Assembly: GCA_002269645.1 (NCBI GenBank)
Contig: NIVC01001003.1
Coordinates: 62,001-126,000, forward strand
Reading direction: 5' to 3'
Source: Macrostomum lignano
Taxonomy: Eukaryota
DNA: 64,000 nucleotides
Position 1 is the first letter of the stretch, and the number at the start of each line of letters is the position of its first letter. Positions 13,401 through 26,118 of the stretch are shown piece by piece. A program made the position numbers and the translations under genes. The notes below the pieces were generated by a model. It saw only the letters and a program-made list of their open reading frames with translations, ran no database searches and was not told where the DNA came from.

Positions 13401-16400
13401 TGGGAGAGGCTGGCCTAACCTAAGGATGATCTGGGAGAGGCTGGCCTAACCTAAGGATCTGGGAGAGACTGGCCTAACCTAAGGATCTGGGAGAGGCTGG
13501 CCTAACCTAAGGATCTGGGAGAGGCTGGCCTAACCTAAGGATCTGGGAGAGGCTGGCCTAACCTAAGGATCTGGGAGAGGCTGGCCTAACCTAAGGATCT
13601 GGGAGAGGCTGGCCTAACCTAAGGATCTGGGAGAGGCTGGCCTAACCTAAGGATGATCTGGGAGAGGCTGGCCTAACCTAAGGATCTGGGAGAGGCTGGC
13701 CTAACCTAAGGATGATCTGGGAGAGGCTGGCCTAACCTAAGGATCTGGGAGAGGCTGGCCTAACCTAAGGATGATCTGGGAGAGGCTGGCCTAACCTAAG
13801 GATGATCTGGGAGAGGCTGGCCTAACCTAAGGATGATCTGGGAGGGTGGCGACTGTCCCAGCCACCGAGGAGCTTGTGAACTATCTAAGCAGATACCACA
13901 GTGCCGTAGAATAACTGCACAAACTTATTAACTTGACAAGCACTAGAACTCACCTGCGCCTCAGTCTGATCCTGATTAGCGGGCTGAGCAGTGAGCACAG
14001 AGGTGCAGGACTGCTCAACAGCCTGGTGCAAGAATGTATTCCACGGATAAGCCAGCATGAGGCTTAGCAGTTGAGGCAAAGCGCCGCACTCGGCCACAGC
14101 TCGGCCAGCCAATGCGCTATTTGTGGACAGCAGGGAGCGGACCAGGCGGGCCACGTGCAGGCGGCACTGGCCGAGCGGCGGCTCCAGCTGCCCAGCCGTG
14201 GTCGGCATGCGCGCAAGGCGGTGGGGCGGCGGGGCGGACAGCAGGGCAGCCAGCTTCGGCAGGCGGGGCGACACCGCTTCAATGACGTTGAGAGCTGCCG
14301 CGGCTAGGCGTTCAGTCTCGGAGGCTGCGGTGGTTAGTTAAGAATGCAGTGAGTACCTGCTGTAGCTACTGAATCACTTGTTCTGTGTTAGCCCAGCAAC
14401 TGAGGATCTGGGAGGCTGGCCCAGCAACTGAGGATCTGGGAGGCTGGCCCAGCAACTGAGGATCTGGGAGGCTGGCCCAGCAACTGAGGATCTGGGAGGC
14501 TGGCCCAGCAACTGAGGATCTGGGAGGCTGGCCCAGCAACTGAGGATCTGGGAGGCTGGCCCAGCAACTGAGGATCTGGGAGGCTGGCCCAGCAACTGAC
14601 ACTCTGGGAGGCTGGCCCAGCAACTGACACTCTGGGAGGGTGGCCCAGCAACTGACACTCTGGGAGGCTGGCCCAGCAACTGACACTCTGGGAGGGTGGC
14701 CCAGCAACAGAGGATCTGGGAGGCTGGCCCAGCAACTGGGGGATCTGAGAGGCTGGCCCAGCAACTGAGGATCTGGGAGGCTGGCTAGCAACTGAGGACC
14801 TGGGAGGCTGGCCTAGAAACTGAGGATCTGGGAGGCTGGCCCAGCAACTGAGGATCTGGGAGGCTGGCCCAGCAACTGGGGGATCTGAGAGGCTGGCCCA
14901 GCAACTGAGGATCTGGGAGGCTGGCCCAGCAACTGGGGGATCTGGGAGGCTGGCGTAATCCTAGCAACTGGGGGATCTGGGAGGCTGGCGTAATCCTAGC
15001 AACTGGGGGATCTGGGAGGCTGGCGGAAGCCTAGCAACTGGGGGATCTGGGAGGCTGGCGTAATCCTAGCAACTGGGGGATCTGGGAGGCTGGCGGAAGC
15101 CTAGCAACTGGGGGATCTGGGAGGCTGGCGGAAGCCTAGCAACTGGGGGATCTGGGAGGCTGAGAGTAGCTTTTATATTTGCCGTCCAAACTCACCAGCT
15201 GGCTGCTGCTGCTGTTGCGCAAGCGCCATCGACGCGATGCTGCTGAAGTCGCCCAGATCGCCGGCCCCGTTGGCGCCCCGCCGGCCGTCCAGCAGCGCCA
15301 GCAGCACCTGAGCGCCGGCCGCCACACCGGACTCGCTGGGCCCGCCCGCACCGTCCAGCATCTTGGCCAGCAGCTTCCCAGCCGTGTCGCCGCTCTCCAG
15401 CTGATCCAGCAGAGTTGCAGACGGGGTCGAGGAAGCAGCCGATGAGCTGTTGACGGCCTCTGAGGAGTCCTGAGCAGCCGCGGCCAGGTCCCGGCAATAG
15501 GCGATGATGTTGATGAGGCACTGGGCACCGTTGTACTGCTCCTCAGGGCTGCGATCGCTGGCCAGAGTAGCCAGCAGTTTGTCTACTAGTCCGGTCTGGG
15601 CCAGCCAGGCAGCAACCTGAGTCGACTGCTGCTGCTGCAGCTGTTGGTACTGAAGGCCGTATTCGTCTACGGATCGCATGGTAACCACAGAAACTAAGAA
15701 ATCCATCACCGCCGAGGTGCCCATGTGACGAATTAATAAGTCGATGAATTCTTCGCCTTTAGAGGACAGATAAGCCAATAGCCGGTCGGACTGCTTGCGG
15801 GCTAGCAGTTGCATGACCTGGCGTATCCAATTACAGAGGGATAATTATGCATTTACAGAATATCATTCCTGGGAGAATAATTATGAGTCACAAGTGGCGC
15901 TGGGACTGGCGCCATTCCTGTGAGAATAATAATGAGTCACAAGTGGCGCTGGGACTGGCGCCATTCCTGTCAGAATAATAATGAGTCACAAGTGGCGCTA
16001 GGACTGGCGCCATTCCTGTGAGAATAATGAGAGTCACAAGTGGCGCTAGGACTGGCGCCATTCCTGTGAGAATAATGAGAGTCACAAGTGGCGCTAGGAC
16101 TGGCGCCATTCCTGTCAGAATAATGAGAGTCACAACTGGCGCTGGGACTGGCGCCATTCCTGTCAGAATAATAATGAGTCACAACTGGCGCTGGGACTGG
16201 CGCCATTCCTGTGAGAATAATGAGAGTCACAAGTGGCGCTAGGACTGGCGCCATTCCTGTCAGAATAATAATGAGTCACAACTGGCGCTAGGACTGGCGC
16301 CATTCCTGTCAGAATAATTATGAGTCACAACTGGCGCTGGGACTGGCGCCATTCCTGTCAGAATAATGAGAGTCACAAGTGGCGCTGGGACTGGCGCCAT

Positions 16401-16854
16401 TCCTGTCAGAATAATGAGAGTCACAAGTGGCGCTGGGACTGGCGCCATCTCCAAGAAAGCCAAAACAGGCGCTACTCACCTTGGAGAAGAAGCTGGACAG
16501 CAGCGGGTTAAGCGGAGGCTCGCCCTTTAAAAAATCATACAGCTGGTCCAGGCGACGATTTTCCTTCACCAGGCCGGTCGTCAGGGCGTCGGCATCGCAG
16601 GCCAGCAGCTCGCAGCAGACGTTGGCCCGACGATAGCGCTGGCGATGGGGCAGCTCAGCGCTGGGCTCGGTCACTATAGCGTCAACTAGCTGATCAAGGA
16701 TGGAGTCCTGAGCCAAGTAGGTTATGAGCTTCTGATTCTGGGCTTTGCATTCTTGAATGACGCTTTCCTCTTCGAGTATTTCGGATAACTCTACGCCCTG
16801 TTTATCGAGCAGCGGCTCAATATTCGATATAATTGAGGGCATTTGCCAGAACAT
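10493..16854 (-). CDS. PPP6R3: Protein phosphatase 6 regulatory subunit (SAPS domain), 5 exons
   Basis: Exons 16854-16480, 15817-15196, 14324-13954, 12730-12137, 11290-10493; phases 0,1,0,0 match. Motifs MFW, QECKAQNQKL, PLNPLLSSFFSKV, HMGTSAVMDFL, YPWNTFLH, RLGYLGHLARLAN and an acidic C-tail match the SAPS/PPP6R family. The paralog number is nominal. Confidence 0.93.
11415..12072. repeat. 50-bp intronic minisatellite
   Basis: Unit GGCTCCATGCTCTATTATAGCTACTCATTCAATTCAGTAGTATGGCATTC. Confidence 0.95.
12818..13846. repeat. 28-bp GGATCTGGGA-family variant (with 31- and 32-bp units), PPP6R intron 3
   Basis: Unit AGGATCTGGGAGAGGCTGGCCTAACCTA with GAT or AGCT insertions. Confidence 0.95.
14390..15165. 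repeat. 28-bp GGATCTGGGA-family minisatellite, PPP6R intron 2
   Basis: Same unit as 9708-10022, grading into variants. Confidence 0.95.
15880..16450. repeat. 43-46-bp intronic minisatellite
   Basis: Unit GAGTCACAAGTGGCGCTGGGACTGGCGCCATTCCTGTGAGAATAAT. Confidence 0.95.
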
Positions 16855-16949
16855 GGTTGCGCTGCTGTTTAAGGGGCTGCAATGGTGTGAGATTGGGAGA
16901 GGCCTGCGTGAGTGGGGATGGACTGGGAATAGATAGGCGAGATTAGAGA

Positions 16950-17515
16950 GGCATGTAGACGGGGGATACTGAGAATAGAGGGATGTAGAAGATAGGGGAC
17001 ACTGAGAATAGAGGTTGGATCAGACACGGGGTGAGAAAAGAAGAGTTCTGATCAGAGACGGGTGAGAATAGATGAGTTCTGATCAAAGACGGATGAGAAT
17101 AGATGTGTTCTGATTAGAGATGGCTAAGAATAGATGGATGCTGCTCAGACGGGTGAGAATAGATGAGTTCTGATCAAAGACGGACGAGAATAGATGGGTG
17201 TTGCTCAGAAACGGTTGAGAATAGATGGATGCTGCTCAGAGACGGGTGAGAATAGATGAGTTGTGATTAGACGGATGAGAATAGATGGGTGCTGCTCAGA
17301 GACGGTTGAGAATAGATGAGTTGTGATTAGACGGATGAGAATAGATGGGTGCTGCTCAGAGACGGTTGAGAATAGATGAGTTGTGATTAGACGGATGAGA
17401 ATAGATGGGTGCTGCTCAGAGACGGATGAGAATAGATGAGTTGTGATTAGACGGATGAGAATAGATGGGTGCTGCTCAGAGACAGTTGAGAATAGATGTG
17501 TTCTGATTCGAGAAA
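16950..17515. repeat. ~30-bp repeat with a 60-bp dimeric period upstream of PPP6R
   Basis: Alternating GAGAATAGATGAGTTGTGATTAGACGGAT / GAGAATAGATGGGTGCTGCTCAGAGACGGTT. Confidence 0.85.
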
Positions 17516-17814
17516 GATGAAAAATAATGATTCGAGATAAGCCAGAGGAAGGAATGTATGATAGGAAAGTTATAAGCTAATAGTTAAAATTAGTTAAGAG
17601 TAAAATTTAATTGGCAAATTTTGTTCAAAAGAACTAATGATTCATTTGCAATGGCAAAAGCTGACACGAGTTTCTAGGAAACTTAACATTCCATAATCAA
17701 CTACAGCAAGTCGATCCAAGAAAGGCAATGTGAATGAGTACAATTACAAGGTACAAAATGCTAAACAATGACATTTTCATCTGATCTTCATTCTCATGTC
17801 TCTGATCTTTGGAA

Positions 17815-18435
17815 TTAGAGATTATGACGTCATTGTCAATCATCTTTGGGATCTGTGATTATGACGTCATTTTCAATCATCTTTGGGATCTGGGACTATG
17901 ACGTCATTTTCAATCATCTTTGGGATCTGGGATTATGACGTCATTGTCAATCATCTTTGGGATCTGGGATTATGACGTCATTGTCAATCATCTATGAGAT
18001 CTGGGATTATGACGTCATTTTCAATCATCTTTGGGATCTGGGACTATGACGTCATTGTCAATCATCTATGAGATCTGGGATAATGACGTCATTGTCAATC
18101 ATCTATGAGATCTGGGACTATGACGTCATTGTCAATCATCTATGAGATCTGGGATTATGACGTCATTTTCAATCATCTTTGGGATCTGGGACTATGACGT
18201 CATTGTCAATCATCTATGAGATCTGGGATAATGACGTCATTGTCAATCATCTTTGGGATCTGGGACTATGACGTCATTGTCAATCATCCGTGAGATCTGG
18301 GATAATGACGTCATTGTCAATCATCTTTGGGATCTGGGACTATGACGTCATTGTCAATCATCCGTGAGATCTGGGATTATGACGTCATTGTCTATCATCC
18401 TATGAACTCAGGTATTTTGGACTATGACGTCATCG
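17815..18435. repeat. 37-bp minisatellite with a perfect CRE palindrome (ATGACGTCAT) in each unit
   Basis: Unit GATCTGGGATTATGACGTCATTGTCAATCATCTTTGG; 17 TGACGTCA sites counted. Confidence 0.95.
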
Positions 18436-18508
18436 CCTAATAAACCTAGTTTATCTGAACAATTAGCAACTCTGCACAGAAGCAAATACAATAAGCTGCA
18501 GTTCTAGC

Positions 18509-21144
18509 TTATTCAGCCGCACTCTGATCCTGGCCAGAGCCGGCACCGCCATCGCAGAGCCGCTCCCTGATGAGGTTGGCAAGCTGCACTCCGTACACGT
18601 GACAGTACTCAGGCGGCAGGCCTGAAGCTGTCACAGTCTTCAAACCGGATTGGAGACTCTGCATCAGGCGGGCAATAGGCACAGGCTCCTTGTTGCCATA
18701 GGCGTCTTTGAGATCGTAGAGTTCGTCGCGTAGAGTTTTCCAGAACACGTTGACAGACAGGGTGTAGGTGACATTCAACACGGAGTGGAACCACATGGCC
18801 GGGATGTACAGGACGTCGCCAGGAAGCAGGTCGCCAGTGAATGGCGTCGCTTTGGCGAAGTCGGGAAACTCGGCGGCGTCGTAATTGTCGGGATTGGCGA
18901 CTCGACTCTTGTCGCCCACCTGTGAGGGCAGGGATTAATTGAGGCTGGTGATTCTCGTTGGGCGATTTTTGAAGGGGTTTAAGGGCGATTATTGATGGGG
19001 TTTAAGGGCGATTCTTGACGGGGTTTAAAGGCGATTCTTGACGGGGTTCAAGGGCGATTCTTGATGAGTTTTAAGCGCGTTTCTTGATGGGGTTCAAGGG
19101 CGATTCTTGATTGGGTTTAAGGGCGATTCTTGATGAGGTTTAAGGGCGATTCTTGATGGGGTTCAAGGGCGATTCTTGATTGGGTTTAAGGGCGATTCTT
19201 GATGAGGTTTAAGGGCGATTCTTGATGGGGTTCAAGGGCGATTCTTGATTGGGTTTAAGGGCGATTCTTGATGAGGTTTAAGGGCGATTCTTGATTGGGT
19301 TTAAGGGCGATTCTTGATGGGGTTCAAGGGCGATTCTTGATTGGGTTTAAGGGCGATTCTTGATGAGGTTTAAGGGCGATTCTTGATGAGGTTAAGGACG
19401 ATATTTGATGAGGTTTAGGGCGACTCTTAACACCGTTCACTAATAGGCGTTAATAAGCAAGTAATATCACAGCGATCTCCATACCAGATACAGATACTCA
19501 GCATCGTAGGGCGGATAAAGAGTTACGCGCTTGGTCCCGCAGACTCCGCACAGCAGGTTGTCCATCACGTCGTAGTGCAGCCACAGGCGGAGGCCGGCGG
19601 AGGCTACACGCAGGACGGAGGAGAACTGCCGCTCTGACGGGTACAGCTGATCGGGCAGGCGCAACTCAGGCGCCAGCTGCGGAAACTGGCAGGCCAGCTG
19701 GGCCGGCTCCGACCTGCTGTCGCCACCCAGAGCGCGCAGATAATACCTGGGATTGGGAGGCATGGGGCCAGGGTGAGCTGCGGCCCAGCAACTGAGGATC
19801 TGAGAGGCTGGCCCAGCAACTAAGGATCTGGGAGGCTGGCCCAGCAACTGAGGATCTGGGAGGCTGGCCCAGCAACTAAGGATCTGGGAGGCTGGCCCAG
19901 CAACTGAGATCTGGGAGGCTGGCCCAGCAACTGAGGATCTGGGAGGCTGGCCCAGCAACTGAGGATCTGGGAGGCTGACCCAGCAACTGAGGATCTGGGA
20001 GGCTGGCCCAGCAACTAAGGATCTGGGAGGCTGGCCCAGCAACTGAGATCTGGGAGGCTGGCCCAGCAACTGAGGATCTGGGAGGCTGGCCCAGCAATTG
20101 AGGATCTGGGAGGCTGGCCCACCAATTGAGGATCTGGGAGGCTGGCCCACCAATTGAGGATCTGGGAGGCTGGCCCACCAATTGAGGATCTGGGAGGCTG
20201 GCCCACCAATTGAGGATCTGGGAGGCTGGCCCACCAATTGAGGATCTGGGAGGCTGGCCCACCAATTGAGGATCTGGGAGGCTGGCCCAGCAATTGAGGA
20301 TCTCGGAGGCTGGCCCACCAATTGAGGATCTCGGAGGCTGGTCCACCAATTGAGGATCTGGGAGGCTGGTCCACCAATTGAGGATCTGGGAGGCTGGTCC
20401 ACCAATTGAGGATCTGGGAGGCTGGTCCACCAATTGAGGATCTGGGAGGCTGGTCCACCAATTGAGGATCTGGGAGGCTGGTCCACCAATTGAGGATCTG
20501 GGAGGCTGGTCCACCAATTGAGGATCTGGGAGGCTGGTCCACCAATTGAGGATCTGGGAGGCTGGTCCACCAATTGAGGATCTGGGAGGCTGGTCCACCA
20601 ATTGAGGATCTGGGAGGCTGGTCCACCAATTGAGGATCTGGGAGGCTGGTCCACCAATTGAGGATCTGGGAGGCTGGTCCACCAATTGAGGATCTGGGAG
20701 CCTGGCCTACCAACAAAGGATAGGGGAGGGTAGTGGCCCATCCCGAGATCCTAGACAGCAAGGACATAAAAGTACCGACCTCTCCTCAGGACACAGGAAG
20801 TACTCGCCCTCTGGCTGCACACTCCTGCTGGCCCGCTGCACCAGCTGAGCTAAGCTGACAGTCTTGTAGGCAAAATTCTTGGCAACAAAGTCCAGGTCGG
20901 CGTCCCGACTGACATGCACCTTGACGGGGCAGTCGACGAACTCGGCGAAGCGCTCTGGCTTCGGCCAGGTATCTACACAGGGACCCAGGCTGAGGCCGCG
21001 AATGATGCAGGGCATGCGGGCGGCCACGGCTTCCTCCAGCTGCACGGTCGCCAGCAAGCTTTCGTTGGAAATTTCGCCGCTGGCGTCGACCGCGTTGCCG
21101 TCTTTTGGCTTTGGCGACACGTCTACGATGCGCAGTTTGACCAT
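18509..21144 (-). CDS. TYW5: tRNA wybutosine-synthesizing protein 5 (JmjC hydroxylase), 3 exons
   Basis: Exons 21144-20780, 19746-19485, 18919-18509 (phases 2,0). [31 protein letters not shown] (HxD), IPAMWFH, VNVFWK and DAYGNKEP match TYW5; the Fe-binding H-D-H triad is intact. Confidence 0.93.
18960..19430. repeat. 23-bp intronic minisatellite
   Basis: Unit AAGGGCGATTCTTGATGGGGTTT. Confidence 0.9.
19783..20710. repeat. 28-bp GGATCTGGGA-family minisatellite, TYW5 intron 1
   Basis: GAGGATCTGGGAGGCTGGCCCAGCAACT grading to GAGGATCTGGGAGGCTGGTCCACCAATT. Confidence 0.95.
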
Positions 21145-21242
21145 TGGAGGCGCGCTGGAATAAGGGGTGCTTTGTGTAGCAGCTGATGGGCCTTGCTATA
21201 GGACAGAGTAGGTTGAAGCTGCATGCGGATAAGGACACTGGA

Positions 21243-21890
21243 TTGATGGATAGATAGATATTTAGGCAGACAGATAGATAGATAGATGGATGGATGGATA
21301 GATGGATGGATAGATGGATGGATGGATGGATGGATGGATGGATGGATGGATGGATAGATGGATGGATGGATGGATGGATGGATGGATGGATGGATGGATG
21401 GATAGATGGATGGATGGATGGATGGATAGATGGATGGATGGATGGATGGATGGATAGATAGATGGATGGATGGATGGATGGATGGATGGATGGATGGATG
21501 GATAGATGGATGGATAGATAGATGGATAGATGGATGGATGGATGGATGGATGGATGGATGGATAGATGGATGGATGGATGGATAGATGGATGGATGGATG
21601 GATGGATGGATGGGATGGATGGATGGATGGATGGATGGATGGATGGATGGATGGATGGATGGATGGATAGATGGATGGATGGATGGATGGATGGATGGAT
21701 GGATGGATGGATGGGTGGATGGATGGATGGATGGATGGATGGATGGATGGATAGATGGATAGATGGATGGATGGATGGATGGATGGATGGATGGATGGAT
21801 GGGTGGATGGATGGATGGATGGATGGATGGATGGATGGATAGATGGATGGATGGATGGATGGATGGATGGATGGATGGATGAATAGATGA
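21243..21890. repeat. (GGAT)n microsatellite
   Basis: Directly visible. Confidence 0.97.
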
Positions 21891-22444
21891 AATTTCTTGC
21901 ATAAATCTGAAAGAAATTTATAATAAAACAAAGTCACCAGCAGATCTTCAATGAGAGCGGTATAAACTGTTTCTTAATATACTCGTAGTTATTATTAGCA
22001 CAAAAGTCGTTAAAAAGAGATTGGAAGTCAGTAACGGAAGAGCTGAAACAAAGTACATGTAAAAATGAAAACAAGCTGAAAATTCTAAGCACAGATAAAC
22101 AGTTTTTGCTGCAAACAAAACACTGCTGAAAGATATTCTGTTCGATAAAAATTGAATCAAATTGGTTGCAGCAAACATATTGTGCACAATCAGTCAAAAG
22201 CAATCACAGATGGATAAAAAGGCACTATATTATAATCATTTTTTGTGTTCCACCAAAAACTCTAACAGAGATTTCTTAATGAAAGAAGTATCTAATGTAA
22301 ATAGGCGTGTACAAAAAGAAAAAAAATTGAAAAGCAGGATAGAAAACGTGTGCCCTTGTAGTACTTTTTTTTAAAAATGAAGAAAACCGATAATATATGA
22401 ATAACGGTTCAGAATCATAAAAGTGCTGTGTAATGTCTGGTGGC

Positions 22445-23185
22445 GGACACAGGCAGCGCACTGAAGGAGCTGGAGAGGGGGGAGGCGGGAGCGGAGACAG
22501 GCAGCGCACTGAAGGAGCTGGGGGGAGGCGGGAGCGGAGACAGGCAGCGCACTGAAGGAGCTGGGGAGGGGGAGGCGGGAGCGGAGACAGGCAGCGCACT
22601 GAAGGAGCTGGGGGGAGGGGAGCGGAGACAGACAGCGCACTGAAGGAGCTGGGGGGAGGGGGGAGCGGAGACAGGCAGCGCACTGAAGGAGCTGGGGGGA
22701 GGCGGGAGCGGAGACAGGCAGCGCACTGAAGGAGCTGGGGAGGGGGAGGCGGAGACAGGCAGCGCACTGAAGGAGCTGGGGGGAGGGGGGAGCGGAGACA
22801 GGCAGCGCACTGAAGGAGCTGAGGGGAGGCGGGAGCGCACACAGGCAGCGCACTGAAGGAGCTGAGGGGAGGCGGGAGCGCACACAGGCAGCGCACTGAA
22901 GGAGCTGGGGAGGGGGGAGGCGGGAGCGCACACAGACAGCGCACTGAAGGAGCTGGGGGGAGGCGGGAGCGCACACAGACAGCGCACTGAAGGAGCTGGG
23001 GGGAGGCGGGAGCGCACACAGGCAGCGCACTGAAGGAGCTGGGGGGAGGCGGGAGCGCACACAGGCAGCACACTGAAGGAGCTGGGGGGAGGCGGGAGCG
23101 CACACAGGCAGCGCACTGAAGGAGCTGGGGAGGGGGGAGGCGGGAGCGCACACAGGCAGCGCACTGAAGGAGCTGGGAGGGGAGC
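22445..23185. repeat. G-rich ~36-45-bp minisatellite
   Basis: Unit GCAGCGCACTGAAGGAGCTGGGGGGAGGCGGGAGCGCACACAG. Confidence 0.93.
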
Positions 23186-23744
23186 TCAGTTAAATGAATG
23201 GAAGTGAGTTTTCAAAAGATGGAAGCATATTAATAAGGTGACAAATGATATGATGCAGCTGAAAGGCGATTCGCAGTGTCACTGCAATCACGATGATAAA
23301 TATATGAAGTATAAAGCACCGAAGAGTAAGATGAAGCGCATCACAAAAACTGGTAAAAAAGGAGAAAAGTTTCTCAAAAAACGCGTCGCAAAAAAACTGA
23401 TTAAATTGGCTAAACACAACTGTGCAGTGCTTTGATTTTTGCACAATATATTTGCTAAATAAGCCTACTGTCAGTAGTAAGCGGTGTGTACAGATAAGCA
23501 AATATATTGGCTTGTTGATCAGCTAATGTAATTTAATCATATAAGTCTGATTGCAGGCAAGATAAACATACGTGTACTAAAGTCAGGTGAGAGATCATTG
23601 AAAAAGTGCGGTAAGCTTTATAAAATAGCCAATAGGTATGCTGGAAAGATTCTGTTCCGAAATAAAGGTAAGAGAAATCAACATAGTATAACAATAAAGA
23701 GTTGTTGTGTTTTCACAAAGAGCAATTCATAAGTCAAATAAGAA

Positions 23745-24335
23745 ATCTTAGAGAGGGATAGGGAATAGATGAGAAAGAACAGAGAAAGAGGGAGATAAGA
23801 CAGGAGAATAGAGAAGAGGGAAGAGGCGAGAGAAGATAGGAGAGAAGAGGGGAGAGAAGAGAGGAGAGGAGAGAGGAGAGAAGAGAGGAGAGAAGAGAGA
23901 AGAGAGGAGAGAGGAGAGAAGAGAGGAGAGAAGATAGGAGAGAAGAGAGGAGAGAAGAGTAGAGAGGAGAGAAGAGAGGAGAGAAGAGAAAAGAGAGAAG
24001 AGAGGAGAGTAGAGAGGAGAGAAGAGAGGAGAGAAGAGAGGAGAGAAGAGAGAAGAGAGGAGAGAAGAGAGGAGAGAAGATAGGAGAGAAGAGAGGAGAG
24101 TAGAGAGGAGAGAAGAGAAGAGAGAAGAGAGGAGAGAAGAGTAGAGAGGAGAGAAGAGAGGAGAGAAGAGAGGAGAGTAGAGAGGAGAGAAGAGAAAAGA
24201 GAGAAGAGAGGAGAGTAGAGAGGAGAGAAGAGTAGAGAGGAGAGAAGAGAGGAGAGAAGAGAAAAGAGAGAAGAGAGGAGAGTAGAGAGGAGAGAAGAGA
24301 GGAGAGAAGAGAGGAGAGAAGAGAGAAGAGAGGGC
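23745..24335. repeat. Polypurine (GA-rich) tract
   Basis: GAGAAGAGAG-type repeats, almost pyrimidine-free. Confidence 0.93.
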
Positions 24336-24558
24336 TGAGAAAAGACACAAATCTTAGCGGACCGGATTGCTATTGAGAAGTTTCAAAGCACCCGAGGGCC
24401 GGATATCAGAGGCTTCGTGGGCGGGAGTTTGCCGACCCCCTATCTTTAGAGTCTAAAGAAATCTGCCATGGAAGAGCTAGACTGGAAGACAGACGGGAGC
24501 AGTTCCAAAAAAGCCAACAGGAGGATAAGGAGATTCTGGGCACCATTATTGCAGCTGC

Positions 24559-25272
24559 TCAAGGTACGTAGGCAGGAGGCGGCAGCAGTTCAGCGGCTGA
24601 CACAGCATAGTAGCCAGGCGGACTCGGCGGCTCCATCCGCATTGACAGACTCGCTGGAGACGAAGGACCGTCCAGCACAACAAGGCCTCGGCCAGACGGG
24701 TCCAGCGCAATGCGACTATCGTGTCTGCACAGCTGCCTGGCGCACAATAGGCAACAAGCAAACGCGGCGCCAAATTCTAGGGCGCCAATTAGCAAAGTTA
24801 GCGCGCCAACAATGATTTCAGCTGATAAAGATCGTTGACTAGCCCAGTGTAGAGTGGCCGAACTACTAACAAGTAGTACAACACCGGCTAGGCAAGCCAG
24901 CTGGCACAGGACAAACAGGCCCAGTACTGTGCAGTAGGTTTTCCGCCGGCTAGCCACAATACCGTGGACGGCTACGCACAGGATAAAGATGGCAGCCGCC
25001 GCTTCGCTGCAAATTCCCACTATGCCTATGCTATTCCGACTGCTACTGCTGCTATTAGTAGAGGAGAACGCTTGAACTCCGCACAGGATTAGTGCGGCAA
25101 CGGCGCATAGGCCTTGGATTAGCGACAGTATGAAGATTGTCTCGTTCCTGGGGCGGCAGCCGCGTCCGCGGCGTCGGCGACGGCGATAACTGATGCTGAG
25201 CGACTGCAGCTGGCCCGGGTGCCGCCGCCGCTGCTGGTGGTCGGCGTCGCCAGGCGGCGAATCTGCGGCCAT
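24559..25272 (-). CDS. Intronless four-transmembrane protein (MS4A/CD20-like topology) with C-terminal PPxY motifs
   Basis: 237-aa ORF with GC-rich coding composition, four hydrophobic stretches, and PPGY and PPAY near the C-terminus. Family assignment is by topology only. Confidence 0.65.
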   Translation of the reverse strand: MAADSPPGDADHQQRRRHPGQLQSLSISYRRRRRRGRGCRPRNETIFILSLIQGLCAVAALILCGVQAFSSTNSSSSSRNSIGIVGICSEAAAAIFILCVAVHGIVASRRKTYCTVLGLFVLCQLACLAGVVLLVSSSATLHWASQRSLSAEIIVGALTLLIGALEFGAAFACCLLCARQLCRHDSRIALDPSGRGLVVLDGPSSPASLSMRMEPPSPPGYYAVSAAELLPPPAYVP

Positions 25273-25584
25273 AGAGCTGGCCCGGGATTGTTCCGTCTCA
25301 CTTTAATAGGAATTTCAGGCCCCCGATTGTCTGCATGAAATTTATAGTGAGAACAGGGCGGATTATGGTTCGATTGTCAGCGATGTAGGATACAGCTCTT
25401 AGTGTGATCCTGATGGCCTAGCCTAGATATTTATGGCACTTTTTTGTAACTAGATACTGGACTCAAGGTCTCAAAATCTAAACTGCTGGGTTTAGGATAG
25501 ATGAATAGATAGATAGTTAGGCAGATACATAGATTCCCACTATCTATCTATAATAATAAATAGATAGATAAATAGACACGAGTA

Positions 25585-26118
<534 letters not shown>

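Noticed and set aside
10465-15528. Overlapping alternative-frame and antisense ORFs over PPP6R (and similarly over the 2OG-like exons and the Penelope ORF)
   Set aside because: These are expected shadows of GC-rich, GCN-biased coding sequence with no recognisable motifs.
24350-24450. Possible hAT right end (GTTGCCGACCCC)
   Set aside because: No matching left end or TSD was found, so it is not reported as a feature.
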